From Hypanus sabinus (taxonomy: Eukaryota): 64,000 bases of DNA. Position numbers and translations under genes: made by a program. A model generated the notes under the pieces. That model saw only the letters and a list, made by a program, of their open reading frames with translations, searched no databases and was not told the DNA's origin. Positions 1 to 11,995 of this stretch are shown here, in pieces; position 1 is the first letter of the stretch; the number at the start of each line of letters is the position of its first letter. Location of the stretch: contig NC_082712.1 of the NCBI RefSeq assembly GCF_030144855.1, positions 89,962,001-90,026,000 of the forward strand, read 5' to 3'.

Positions 1-532
1 ATTTTAAGATGTCGTCCTGCTTTCTTCTTCCCATTAGACCTTACCGTGCTGCATCATTTTCAATTGTTTATGCGTGAAAATAACTATCAACATGAATTGG
101 CATTAGTTTTCTCTTTTTTTTGTAATACTAATGTTTTAGTACTCTGTTTTATGTGTTAAACCTTTTTTTAAATCACAGTAAGTTTATTTTCCTTGTTCTC
201 TTTTTTGATAATTTTTTGTAAATTTTTTGGATTATGGGTGGCTTTTCTTTAAAAACTTTTATCTTTTGGGCTGGTATCAGGAGATATGGGGATAGATGTA
301 GCTTTAGCTTATCTCTTGGCCAATCTCTGGCCTATTTCTGAGTTTCTGTGGGTGTGGGGAAGTGGTAATTCTTCTTTTAGATCAGATTAATTCACCTGGG
401 CTAATTCAAAACTACTAAAATGTCCGATATGTTGTAACTTCTGGGTCCTCCTTGAACCTTTCTTCCTCTTCCAGATTCATGAATTTGTATTCTGGTTAAC
501 ACTTTATGTACCATATTACAGGTTTTACTATG

Positions 533-2533
533 ATGGATAAGATTATTAATTTTGTTTTGTTTAAACCATCCGACTAAATGGAAAAAAATTCAAAGTATTC
601 CATAGAATGAATGCCCATATTATATTTGCACAAGAAAACTCATGTGAGGAAGGAGGATAATCAGCATTTTTTTTAAGTTTTGGAAAGAATAACAATGCCA
701 TTCGAATTCTCAGGCTAAAGTGAAATGAGTTTCTATTTTTATAGATTCTTCGATTTCATTTGTTCACTACGAAACAATTTCGGATCTGAATGGTAGATTT
801 TTGTTAAATACTGGCCTAGTCTGTAACATAAAAGTGGTTATGGTTAATTTTTATGCTCTAAATGTTGGCTATCCTGAAATTTTAAACACTTATTTACATC
901 CCTTCCCAATTTAAATGACAATATGTTGATAATGGGTGTAGATTTTAATTGTTGTTTAAATCCTTCAATGGATAGATCTAACTCTAATCAGGCACTTCTG
1001 AATACATTGGCTACAATTATTAATTCCTTTATGCTTGATTTTGGAATTTCAGACATTTGGAGGTTTTACATCAAAAGAACTTTTCATTTTTTTCCCATGT
1101 ATACCACAGTTGGCAGCTTTAGTTATTCTTGCTTCTGAAGTCTTTAGAGTCACTTCGTGTGAACCCCACACAGACACAGATGGACAGAGCCCCTTCTAGG
1201 GAACGGTCTGCTAACCCACGGCACGGGTTCACCACCAGCAGACCCCTACAGGCAAGCTCCTACCTGCACTGGTAATCACGGTTCAAAATGAATCAGTCCG
1301 TGGCCTCCACCCTTGTGGTGGTCTTAAACTCCACCAGTGGTTTCTCGGGTAGCTACCACAATTCTCCCATGTGGTGTCTCCTCTGCCGTTATCAGACCAA
1401 AAGCCTCAACTTTTTATAACCCATTCAAAATTCCAGCCGTCCGTTAGTTCAACTGCTCTGAGCTGTTACCATGGTGACTTCGCAGCTCGTGTCTCAGCTG
1501 GTGCCGTACTCTCTCTCTCTCTCTCTCTCTCAAGGTCACAATTAAAAGTGTTATCAAAACCAAGTCAGAGTCCTCTCTCTCTTTTAATTGCCTCCTTGTT
1601 CATTAGACTGCTGAATTTTCTAGCAGTTTCTCACCTGCGTGATACTGTGGACAGATTATCTCATATTCTGCTGAACTGAAAAAACGAACTAATAAAGGGA
1701 CTTGTATGTTGGTTGATAAGATTAAAGCAATCGACAGGAAATATTCTATTGCTCAGAGTCCGGAGCTTTATAAAAAGAGGGTCGAACTTCAAATGGAGCA
1801 CAGTTTACTTTTACCATCCTTGATTGAAAATCAATTAATTAAATCTAGGAGTCAATTTTATTAACATGGTGAGTAAATCTGGTAAACTATTGGCTAGTCA
1901 ATTGAAATCTGCTTCGCTTAAACATCATATTATCAAAATTCGTAAATGAGATGGAATTATGACGGTTGAGCATGATGAGATAAACAAATCTTTTCAAGAA
2001 TTTTACACCTCCTTATATCAATCAGTATTTCCTAATGACCCCACTATAATGCATGAAGTCTTAAGGAAATTGAATGTTCTGAAATGATCACCTAATGAAC
2101 ATTTAGTATTAGATGCTCCTATTACGGAACAAGAAATTTCTATTTCTTCGATTAATTCAGGTAAAGCACCTGGCCCAGATGACTACACAGTAGAATTTTT
2201 AAAATCCTTCTCTACTATACTTTCTTCCTGGTTATGTAGAGCCTTTAAGGATGCATTATTTATAGGTAAATTACTACAATCTTTTTACGGTGCCTCTATT
2301 TCCTTATTTTGTAAAATATAAAGTTCCCACTGAATGTGCATCATATAGGCCTATATCCTTATTGAATGCGCATTCTCAGATCTTTTTTAAAATATTGACA
2401 ACTAGATTGGAGAATTCTTGCCTCAAATTGCTTTGGTTGATCAGACTGGATTCATTAAAAACTGCTATTCGTCCTTTAATGTTAGGAGATTAATGAATAT
2501 TGCTTATCCTCCGTCATCTAGAACTCCAGAATG
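533..2533 (+). mobile_element. Decayed L1-clade LINE (family A), ORF2 endonuclease to RT N-terminus
   Basis: Frameshifted APE/ORF2 peptides (MDKIINF..., QLIKSRSQFY-HGxKSGKLLASQLK, SGKAPGPD, YRPISLLN); breaks off at RTPE; interrupted at about 1110-1645. Confidence 0.85.
1110..1645. mobile_element. Non-L1 insert inside L1 ORF2, possibly an LTR/leader fragment, with (CT)n
   Basis: L1 reading stops after FFSHVYHS and resumes at GQIISYSAELKK; the intervening sequence is more GC-rich and contains (CT)n at about 1510-1531. Confidence 0.4.
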
Positions 2534-3365
2534 GAGTTTTCTGGGATCGGTAGACAAGATTTTAGTCCCATTGTTAGACATATATTAAAAATTTGGTTTC
2601 AATTTCGCAGATTTTTTGATTTGAATAACTTTGTTCTTTCTAGTAATATTCATCTTAACTATTTTTAAACCATCAATTCTGGATAAGGTTTGGCTAACTT
2701 GAAAAATGTTGAGAAGCTAAACGGAATCAAAAGTACATAGTGATATACCTATCTCGAGAAATACTTATTATAATGAGGATTTTATATTACTTAACTGTTA
2801 TTCTTTTTTCGCTCACTTACTCCTTTTTCCCCACCAAAATGAGAATATATATATATACGTTTATGTATGGAATATGTGTGTGTGTATATATATATATATA
2901 TACATACATAGGAGGAGTGCACAGGGAAATCTTTTCTGTGTAATGGATTTGCTCACTGACTTTTATGAATGCTGCAATGGGGGCCCTCAACTCACAGGTA
3001 GGAGGGTTATCCCACACAGCTAGACATTTCCTCTTGCTCAACGCAGGGTCATCTACCAGAGTCCTCAGCCTTGGCATCACACGTTCGTTGTCATTTTTGT
3101 TATTATTTGTGTTTCTTGGTTCTTATTTGTTCAGGGAGTAGATTGATTAAATTTTATTCTAATTTCAATGATACATTGACAGATAAATACTGATGGCTAA
3201 GGACAAGGTAAAATTCATTTCTTTTGATGTCAATGGGCTATTAAATCCAATCAAACGTAAGAGAATTTTATCCAAAATGAAAAAAAGAACAAGCCCATGT
3301 AGTATATTTACAGGAAATTCATTTAATTGATAATGAGCATAAAAAACTAAAGAGAATGGGCTTCG
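2534..3365 (+). mobile_element. L1 family B fragment: ORF1 3' end, inter-ORF spacer and ORF2 start
   Basis: Spacer is homologous to 4504-4740 and 6510-6870; ORF2 start at 3193 reads MAKDKVKFISFDVNGLLNPIKRKRILSKMKK; truncated at 3365. Confidence 0.85.
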
Positions 3366-4664
3366 GGATTCCGGTGACGTCATCTTCGAGAATGGCAGCT
3401 TAAGTCACTAGCTCCTCTGGAAAAACGCATATTAAGCCCTGTTAATTGATCAAATATAGTATTTTTCCAAAAATATTTGAACTGAAAAGAAGGGCAAAAA
3501 TGGGGAAAAGGAATGGAAATAAAAAAAACGACACTGCGGAGCCTACGGCCGAGAGGAGTGCAGCGAGCGGCTGTCCTACCCGACCGTGTGCCAGCGAGGT
3601 GGATGCTGGGCCTCGTTCAGGCGAAGCAGCCAGTATCTTCAAAATCCTGAAAGAGATAAGGGAGTTCCGGAACGAAATAGAGCAGCAGGTCCGTGATATT
3701 AAGTGAGAGCTCGACAGCGTTAATCAAAAAATAGCGGTGGCAGAGACTTGAATTGAGACGGTGGAAGATCGTGTTCAAAACGTAGAATGGATATTGAGTA
3801 ACACAATAAAAATATTACATCACCAAGAAGGTAAACTGCTTGACCTGGAGGGAAGATCACAGCGGAAAAATATCAGAATCTGCAACGTTCCCGAAGGAGC
3901 GGAGGGCTCGTCTATGATGGAGTTTGTCAGAAAGTTACTGCGGGACGCGCTGGAGCTTCCCCCGGCTATGGAACCGGAAGTCGAAAGAGCCCAACGCGTG
4001 TTAGTTCTGAAACCTACCCAGGACAGAAAGCCACGCTCAGTAATAATTAAATTCCTTCGGTACAGCACCAAGGCGGAATTCTACGAATGGCCTGGGGTAA
4101 GAAGAGAGTGTTTTTAGAGGATAAATTAATATATTTCGACGAAGATTACCCCCCCCCCCCGCGGTCCTCCAGAAAAGCAACGAATACTCTGAAATAAAGC
4201 GAGCACTAAAGCAAAATAAGATTAGATTTCAAACTCCGTACCCTGCTAAACTTCGAGTGTTTTATGCCAACGGGACGCGGTTTTACCAAACAGTGGAAGA
4301 AGCAACTACAGACATGAAGGCCAGAGGGTTGCCCATCAGCGTGACCAAAACGAGGGAAAGCCTGGCTGAGGAATTATCCCACTCCGCTTGGGAGATAGTG
4401 CGAGAATCGAGAAGGCAGGAGACGGGAGGAGGCTGAGAGAAATATATCAGGGAGAGACCGGGGGTTTCCCAAGGACAGTCCTCACCCCCTTCAGAAGATC
4501 CATAAGGTTTGGCTAACTTTAAGACTGTTGAGAAGCTAAACGGAACCAAAAGTAGACGGTGATATACCTATTTCGAGAAATACTTGTTATAATGTGGATT
4601 TTATATTACTTAGATGTTATTCTTTATTCGCACACTTACTCCTTTTTCCCCAGCAAAATAAGCA

Positions 4665-4669
<5 letters not shown>

Positions 4670-4731
<62 letters not shown>

Positions 4732-4738
4732 ATATATA
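4670..4738. repeat. (TG)n/(TA)n microsatellite in L1 spacer
   Basis: About 30 TG units followed by TA repeats; continues as (TG)n at about 6510-6542. Confidence 0.97.
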
Positions 4739-6507
4739 TGTAGCCATGTGCTACACACAGTGCTGAAATAACGACACGCAGTTGGTAATGCGCTGGCATT
4801 TGGCCGGGTTGATCGTGATCGTGAGGCCGAAATCACGCAGGCAGGAGTAGAGCTGGCGGAGGTGGGACAGATGCTCCTGACGACTACTGCTGGCTATAAG
4901 GATGTCGTCCAAATAGATGAACGCAAACTCCAGGTCGCGTTCCACCGCATCCATTAGCCGCTGGAACGTCTGTGCGGCATTCGGAGGAACTCGAACAGGC
5001 CGAACGGGGAGATGAGTGCTGTTTTGGGGATGTCTTCAGGGTGCACCGGGATTTGATGGTACCCCCGGACGTGGTCTACTTTGGAAAAGATTCTTGCCCC
5101 GTGCAAGTTTGCTGCAAAGTCATGTACGTGCGGCACGGGGTAGCGGTCTGGAGTTGTAGCCTCGTTCAGTCTGCGGTAGTCGCCGCATGCTCTCCAACCC
5201 CCGGCTGCTTTGGGCACTATGTGCAGGGGGGAGGCCCATGGGACCTCTGTACGATCCCCAATTCCTCCATCCTCTTGAACTCCTCCTTCGCCAGGCGGAG
5301 CTTTTCCGGGGGTGGGGGTAGCCTTCGTGCGCGGGCGTGGAGGGGTGGTCACTGGGTCGGGATGTGGTGCTGTATCCCATGTCTGGGCATGGCTGCCGTG
5401 AACTGCGGTGCCAGAATCGATGGAAAGACCGCCAGGATTCCGGTGAATTCGTCGTCCGACAGGTGTGGGGCCGGCAATTTGGCTTCACCCAGGGAGAACG
5501 TCTGGAAAGTCTCGGCATGTCCCAGTCTTTTCCCTTGCAAGTCAACCAGTAGGCTGTGAGCTCGCAAGAAGTCCACCACCAGGAGTGGTTGGGCCACCGC
5601 GGCCAGTGAGAAGTCGCACGTGAACCGGCTGGCGCCAAACTGCAGCTACACTGTGCGGGTGCTGTAGGTCTGTATCGTGCTGCCATTTGCGGCCCTCAGT
5701 GTGGGTCTTGGCTTCCTGTTGCGGGTGTCGTACCCCGTCGGGGGCAAGAAGCTGATTTCCGCTCCGGTGTCGACTAAGAAGCGGCGTCCCAACTGTTTGT
5801 CCCAGACGTACAAGAGGCTGTCCTGATGGCCAGCCACCATAGTCATTAGCGGCAGCTGGCCCTGGCCCTTGCAGGGTTCTGTGCCCCACTGCTGGTGGTA
5901 GAAACACCACTGTTCACTGTCCTCCTCACTTCTGCCTCTGTGTTGTGTACGCCCCTGAACATGAGGCAGGGCTTGTGTCCGTCAGCCAGGGCCAGCATCT
6001 CGTTCATCAATGCTGATGGCAGCCTGTCTCCCAAACCGTCCAGGTGAAGCAGGCTCACGCCGTGAGAGGCCAAAGGTTCCAATGAGCAGCGCTTTGAATG
6101 CTTCATATTTGCCTTCTTCCGGGGGCGAATGTATGTAATCCGCAACCTGGGCGGCCGTCTCCTGGTGATAGTAACGCGTGGAATCAGAAGATATCTGCCG
6201 AATCTGGAGCTGGGCTTCTGCTTGGCTGAACCACACGCATGGTCGCTGCGTCCAGAAGGTCGGCAGTTTTAGCGAAACTGCGGGAACAGATGAAGAGTCG
6301 GTCATCAAATCCCGTTTGTACCGTCGGGGTCACCAATGTAGCGATTTGCTACTTACAGAGCTAGAGACGACACGCAGTCGGTAAGTCCTTTCAAGACTAG
6401 TTTATTCAAACTTCGCGGCGCTGGTATTTAATCCCTAGCGCTCGCCCTCTCCGGGCGGAAATGACGTCAGAGGTGCCTTACCAAAGTCTCTCCCCGCACG
6501 CTGGCTA

Positions 6508-6510
<3 letters not shown>
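4739..6510 (-). mobile_element. Internally deleted Ty3/Gypsy LTR retrotransposon (gag, protease, RT) nested in L1
   Basis: Gag VSLKLPTFWTQRPCVWFSQAEAQ; protease RRFLVDTGAEIS; RT WASPLHIVPK, DYRRLNEATTPDRYP, FIYLDDILIAS; LTR remnants at 4739-4788 and 6337-6510. Confidence 0.93.
6322..6335 (-). promoter_or_regulatory. Primer binding site complementary to tRNA-Trp
   Basis: Minus strand TGGTGACCCCGACG follows the LTR end ...CTACA after one extra T; complementary to the vertebrate tRNA-Trp 3' end (...CGTCGGGGTCACCA). Confidence 0.8.
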
Positions 6511-6550
<40 letters not shown>

Positions 6551-9500
6551 TTGTTTGTGTGCGAATGTATATATATATGTATATTTAGGAGGAGTACACA
6601 GGGAAATCTTTTCTGTGTAATGTATTTGTTCACTGACTTTTATGAATGCTGCAATGGGGGCCCTCAACTCGCAGGTAGGAGGCGTTATCCCCCACAGCTA
6701 GACATATCCTCTAGCTCAACACAGGGTCATCTACTAGAGACCTCAGCCTTGGAATCACACGTTCGTTGCCATTTTTGTTATTATTTGCGTTTCTTGGTTC
6801 TTATTTGTTCAGGGACTAGATCGATTAAGTTTTATTCTAATTTCAATGATTCGTTGACAGATAAATACAGATGGCTAACGACAAGGTAAAATTCATTTCT
6901 TTTAATGTCAATGGGCTATTAAATCCAATCAGGCGTGAGAGAATATTATCCAAAATTTAAAAAGAACAATCCCATGTAGGATATTTACAGGAAACTCATT
7001 TAAGTGATAATGAGCATAAAAAACTAATGAGAATGGGCTTCACTAATCCGTTTTTCTCATATAAATAAGGACATAGGAGAGGAGTTGCTATTCTTATCTC
7101 AAGTAAGCTAAATTTTGAAAAAGTATTCGAAATGGAAGATAAAGAGGGCAGATATATTCTACGAAGGGGGAATCTAGACGGAAATTCAGTAACTCTATTG
7201 AATATATATGCACCCCCGGGAAGTGATATTGGTTTCTTTCATAAAATTACTGATATTATGGTAACGGAAACAGAAGGTCTCCTGATATGTGGGGAGATGT
7301 AAATTTACAATTACAACCAAACTTTGACTCTTCCAATAGAAATACCTATGAAACAAAATCTTTACATAAGAAAGTTAATACACTTTTTGAGGATGTTGGT
7401 TTAATTGATATATGGAGGGACCCTTTCCCTGACAGTAGGGATTACACTCATTATTCTGCTCCCCATTCTGTATTACAAGAATAGGCTATTTCATAACATC
7501 TTGAATAACCAGTGGAATTGGGACAATAGATGTAAGTGATCATGCACCTACATATTTATCTGTTGATTTTGACCTACAACCAAAGAATACTATTTGGAAA
7601 CTAAATTCAAGTCTACTTAATGATCCGTACTTTAAAGAACAAATTTAAAAAGAAACTGGTCTCTACTTAGAATTTAATGATAATGGAGAGGCTTCACCAC
7701 CCATTTTATGGGATCCTCTGAAGGCGGTCTTAAGAGGGAAAATTATAGCGATATCTTCATATAAGAAAAATAAGGAATAAAGCATTAGAGGAATTACAAA
7801 ATAAGCTGAAGGAACTAGAGAAAAACACAAATTGAATTTGGCACAGGATACATTAGGAGAAATTTAAAAATATTAGGAATGAAATAAATAATTTGGCTAT
7901 GCATGAAATCAGGAAAAACTTAATGTTTCTGAAACAGAGACATTATGAAAGTGGATCGAAATCTATGAAAATACGGGCATGGAAACTGAAAAAAAGGCAG
8001 AAAATGCAACTTACAGAATTAGGGACCCAAAAACAAAACTGATAAAAAAAAATAAGCTAAGTGAAATTCAAGAAGCTTTTGAAGTGTTTTACAAAACTCT
8101 ATATTCCAATGTTCCAGGGGGAAGCATAACCCAAATTGACACCTTCTTGAATTCTCTAGAGCTACCCACTTTAAGCGAAGAACAAAATAGAACGATGAAT
8201 GCTGATATAACTGAAGTTGAATTAAAAGCTGCAATTAGTAGGCTTAAATTAAGCAAGTCACCAGGATCAGATGGGTATACGGCAGAGTGGTACAAAGAAT
8301 TTAGCAATGTGTTAATTCCTGTTTTATTCCCCACACTGAACTAGGCTCTAAAAAAGGCACAAATGCCATCCAGTTGGAAGGAAATGATAATTTCACCTAG
8401 ACTGAAAGAAGGCAAGGATAAAATGGAATGCGGGTCATTTAGACCAATATCCGTTCTTAATGTACAAACATAGATTATTTATCTCCATCATGGCCAAACG
8501 ATTAGAGGAGTTTCTACCCATACTGATACGTAACTATCAGACAGGTTTTATACGACAATGCCAGACAAAAGACAATATACGAAGGACACTTCACATTATG
8601 GATCATATACAAAAAAATAAAATCGAAACAATAGTGATAAGTGTGGTCGCTGGAAAAGCATTTGATTTGGTTAATTGGAATTTGCTTTACAGAGTTTTAC
8701 ATAGATTTGATTTCCAAGACACAATTATTAAAACTATACAGACACTATATGACAATCCTACTGCTAGGATTAAAATCAATGGATGTTTATCAAATAGTCT
8801 TACCCTAGAAATGGGCACAAGACAGGGTTGTGAATGGTCACCACTACTATTCGCGTTATATCTGGAACCATTTGCTCAATACATCAAGCAAAATGAAGAT
8901 ATCAGGGGAATTACTATTAAAGGGACAGAGCATAAATGGGCTTGTTATGCAGATGACATTTTGATCTATCTAAGACAACCAACATACTCTTTACTTAAAT
9001 TGATGCAATCCTTTGAACAATATGGTCAATTATCAGGATACAAGATCAACATAGATAAAACCCAATTACTTTCATATTACTGTAGCCCACCAAGAGAAAT
9101 TGAAAGTCGATACCCCTGGGCATGGCACACAGAGCCTTTCAAATATTTGAGCATCATTATGCCAAAAGATTTGGCAAAATTATCAGAATGTAATTATCAA
9201 CATTTATATAAAAAATTAAGGAAGATTTGGCAAAATGGAACTTGATTCCTTGTTTTCGGTCTCAGTTCAAGGATTGAGTCTATTAAAATGAATATACTGC
9301 CCAGACTGTTATATCTCTTTCAGACCCTACCAATAGAGATTAATCAAAATCAATTCAATGCATGGAACAAGATGCTATCAAGCCATATTTGGCAGGCTAA
9401 AAGGCCTAGTGTTCATCTCAAAACTTTGCAATTAGCAAAGGTAAAGGGGAGATGGGGCCTATCCTCTCTTAAAGATTATTATTTTGCAGCACAGTTGAGA

Positions 9501-10826
9501 GCTGTGATATATTGGTGCAACCCATCATATGACGCTCAATGGAAAAACATTGAGGAGCGGCTACTTCCCATCCCCATACAAGCAATTTTGGCTGATAACA
9601 ACTTGCAAAGGTACATAAATACTATTGATAACCCATAGGTGAAATTGACTCTTAAAATTTGGAAAACTACTATAAAGGAATATAATCTAGAGGGAGATAT
9701 TTCATTTCTTGAATGGTGTGCATATGACTCGGATTTTACACCAAATAAATTGGATGCTAGATTTAAGGACCAGACAGCTAAAGGAATGACAGTTCTTTGC
9801 AACACTGTTCAGTTTTGGAATGCTCAGAGAGAAACACTTATTAGAAAAACAAGATTTTTATTGGTATTTACAGATACGACATTATGTTAATAAGACACAA
9901 AAATGTAACCAAGGTAAATACATGCTTGATAGAGCTCTTTAGAAAAGCATATAATTCAGATAATGGTAGTAGAATCATTTCAACCATGTATAAGGGGTTG
10001 TCAAATCTTAAAACACATTCGACTTCATACATTAAAACAAAATAGGAGAAGGAAGGAGGAATAATTATATCTGAGGAACAATGGACAACAATATGGAGGT
10101 ATCAATGAAAGTGTACCAGTTCACAGAAATGGAGGGAGTTTTGATAGAAAAACTTGATAAGATATTTTATGATAGTAAACTCCCTGTTTGCTGGTGTAAA
10201 TGTGGAAATCAAAATGAAAATCATTATCATATGTTTTGGGACTGCCCTGTTATCGAAAACTATTGGAGAGGGATACACAATGCCCTACAAGGCATCTTTA
10301 AATGTGAAGTACCCTTAAAGAGTAAGACCATATATTTTGGATATATACCTCAAGAATGGTTGAAAAGAGATAAATATTTAATGAGTATACTGTTGGTGGC
10401 TGGTAAAAAGACTCTTACTAGGAAATGGTTATCACAGGAGAGCCCAACTTGAAATACTTGGATGGAAATTACAATGGATATTTACAAAATGGAAAGGATA
10501 ACAGCATCTGTTAATCATAAGATGGAACAATTTGTTTCATACTGGGAAAATGGTTTAACTACATAATGCCTCATAGGCCTGATTTTATTCTCACAAATCA
10601 ATGAATCTATTGTAAAAAAAAATCACTCCTTACTTGTACATAGTTCTTTCCTTTTGCTTGTTTTTTTTTTCTTTCCACTCTTTTCTATAAGTGTATAACT
10701 CAGGTAAATACTTTGTGGAGATTTGTGATATATATGATTATATGATATATGTGTACAATGTCTGAAATACATCTTATGGAAATATTTGTTTGATGATGAA
10801 CTTCAATAAAAAATAAATTACAAAAG

Positions 10827-11995
10827 ATTTGATTTTACAGAACTGTTTAATGTCTTTTTCGCTGCTAGTGAATAAATATGATATATCTAATGCACAATTT
10901 TTTAGATATTTACAAGTTAGGAATTTTTTACGAGATTTATTTATTTACGAGATATATTGCTCATTTACCAAATATGATAGATGTTATTTTTCAGCTTATA
11001 CCATCTCAAAAAGGATTGATAACCATTCATAAATGGCTTACGAATTTACGAATGAACTTCGGGAGTCACTTTCAGATGATTAATGGAATAAAGTTTATCC
11101 TTTAGTCAAGAATTCATCCATTTGCGCCCATCACTCCTTGATTCAGTTCAATGTAGTGCACAGGGCGCATATGTCTAAAGATAAACTAGCGCATTTTTTT
11201 TCTAATATAAATCCCACCTGTGATAGATGTAATGTACCTTAACTCATATGATTTGGTCTTGTATAAAATTAAATAATTTTTGGAGTGATGTTTTAGAACA
11301 TTATCCAAAGTCATAGGTTTGGACCTGCAACCTAATTCACTTATGGCAACTTTTGGGAACACTCAGAAGGAAGCAGGAAATTTTTCTGCTTCTACTCAAT
11401 ATATTATAGCTTTTTCAACTTTATTGGCTAGGAGAGCTATTTTGTTGTATTGGAAAGATTCTAATCCACCTACTTTTTTTTGGCTCTCCTCCATTATGTC
11501 GTGTATAAGCTTGGAGAAAATTAGGAGTCGGACATTTGACACATCTTTTGAATTTGAGCAAAGCTGGTGACCTTTCATTCAATATTTTCATATGATTTAA
11601 ATTTTCTTTTTTTTAACTCTTTTTCCACATTTTTAGGTAATCCTTTTTCTTCTTCTCTGTGACTTTTCAGATTTGACTGGAAGGATGTTTTTCCCCTTTT
11701 TTTGTAATTATATCCTCAAGAGGAATGCCCAGTCTTCTTCTTTTTTTTTTGCTTTAGGTTAGTTTAGTAGTTTTTTTTTCTCTCTTCAATGGCAATTTTT
11801 GATCTTTTTTTTTAATTGTTAAGAGGAGTTGCGGATATTGAGGCGCTCCAAATTTTACTATATATGATTTTAACAGTGTACACTCTTTTTTGTTGTTTGT
11901 ACTTCCATTGGAATATGTATTTGATATAACATCTCCTCTGATTTGTATTTGTCTTTATATATTTTTAAATCAATAAAAAAAAGATTAACAATGAA
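10827..11995 (+). mobile_element. 5'-truncated L1 3' fragment (family A-like)
   Basis: FFRYLQVRNFL and QFNVVHRAHMSKDKLA..INPTCDRC peptides, T-rich 3'UTR, ends AATCAATAAAAAAAAAG. Confidence 0.85.

Larger units (their letters stand above)
3366..10826 (+). mobile_element. Near full-length decayed L1-clade LINE (family B): 5'UTR, ORF1 ~3500-4503, ORF2 ~6871-10604, A-rich tail
   Basis: ORF1p-like LLDLEGRSQRKNIRICNVPEGAEG; ORF2 endonuclease FISFNVNGLLNPI, RT KSPGSDGYTAEWYKEF, GTRQGC.SPLLFALYLEP, YADDILIYL; C-terminal HMFWDCP; tail AATAAAAAATAAATTACAAAA. Many stops and frameshifts. Confidence 0.92.

Noticed and set aside
4559-4836. ORFs with (HT)n/(CV)n runs
   Set aside because: They are translation artefacts of the (TG)n microsatellite.
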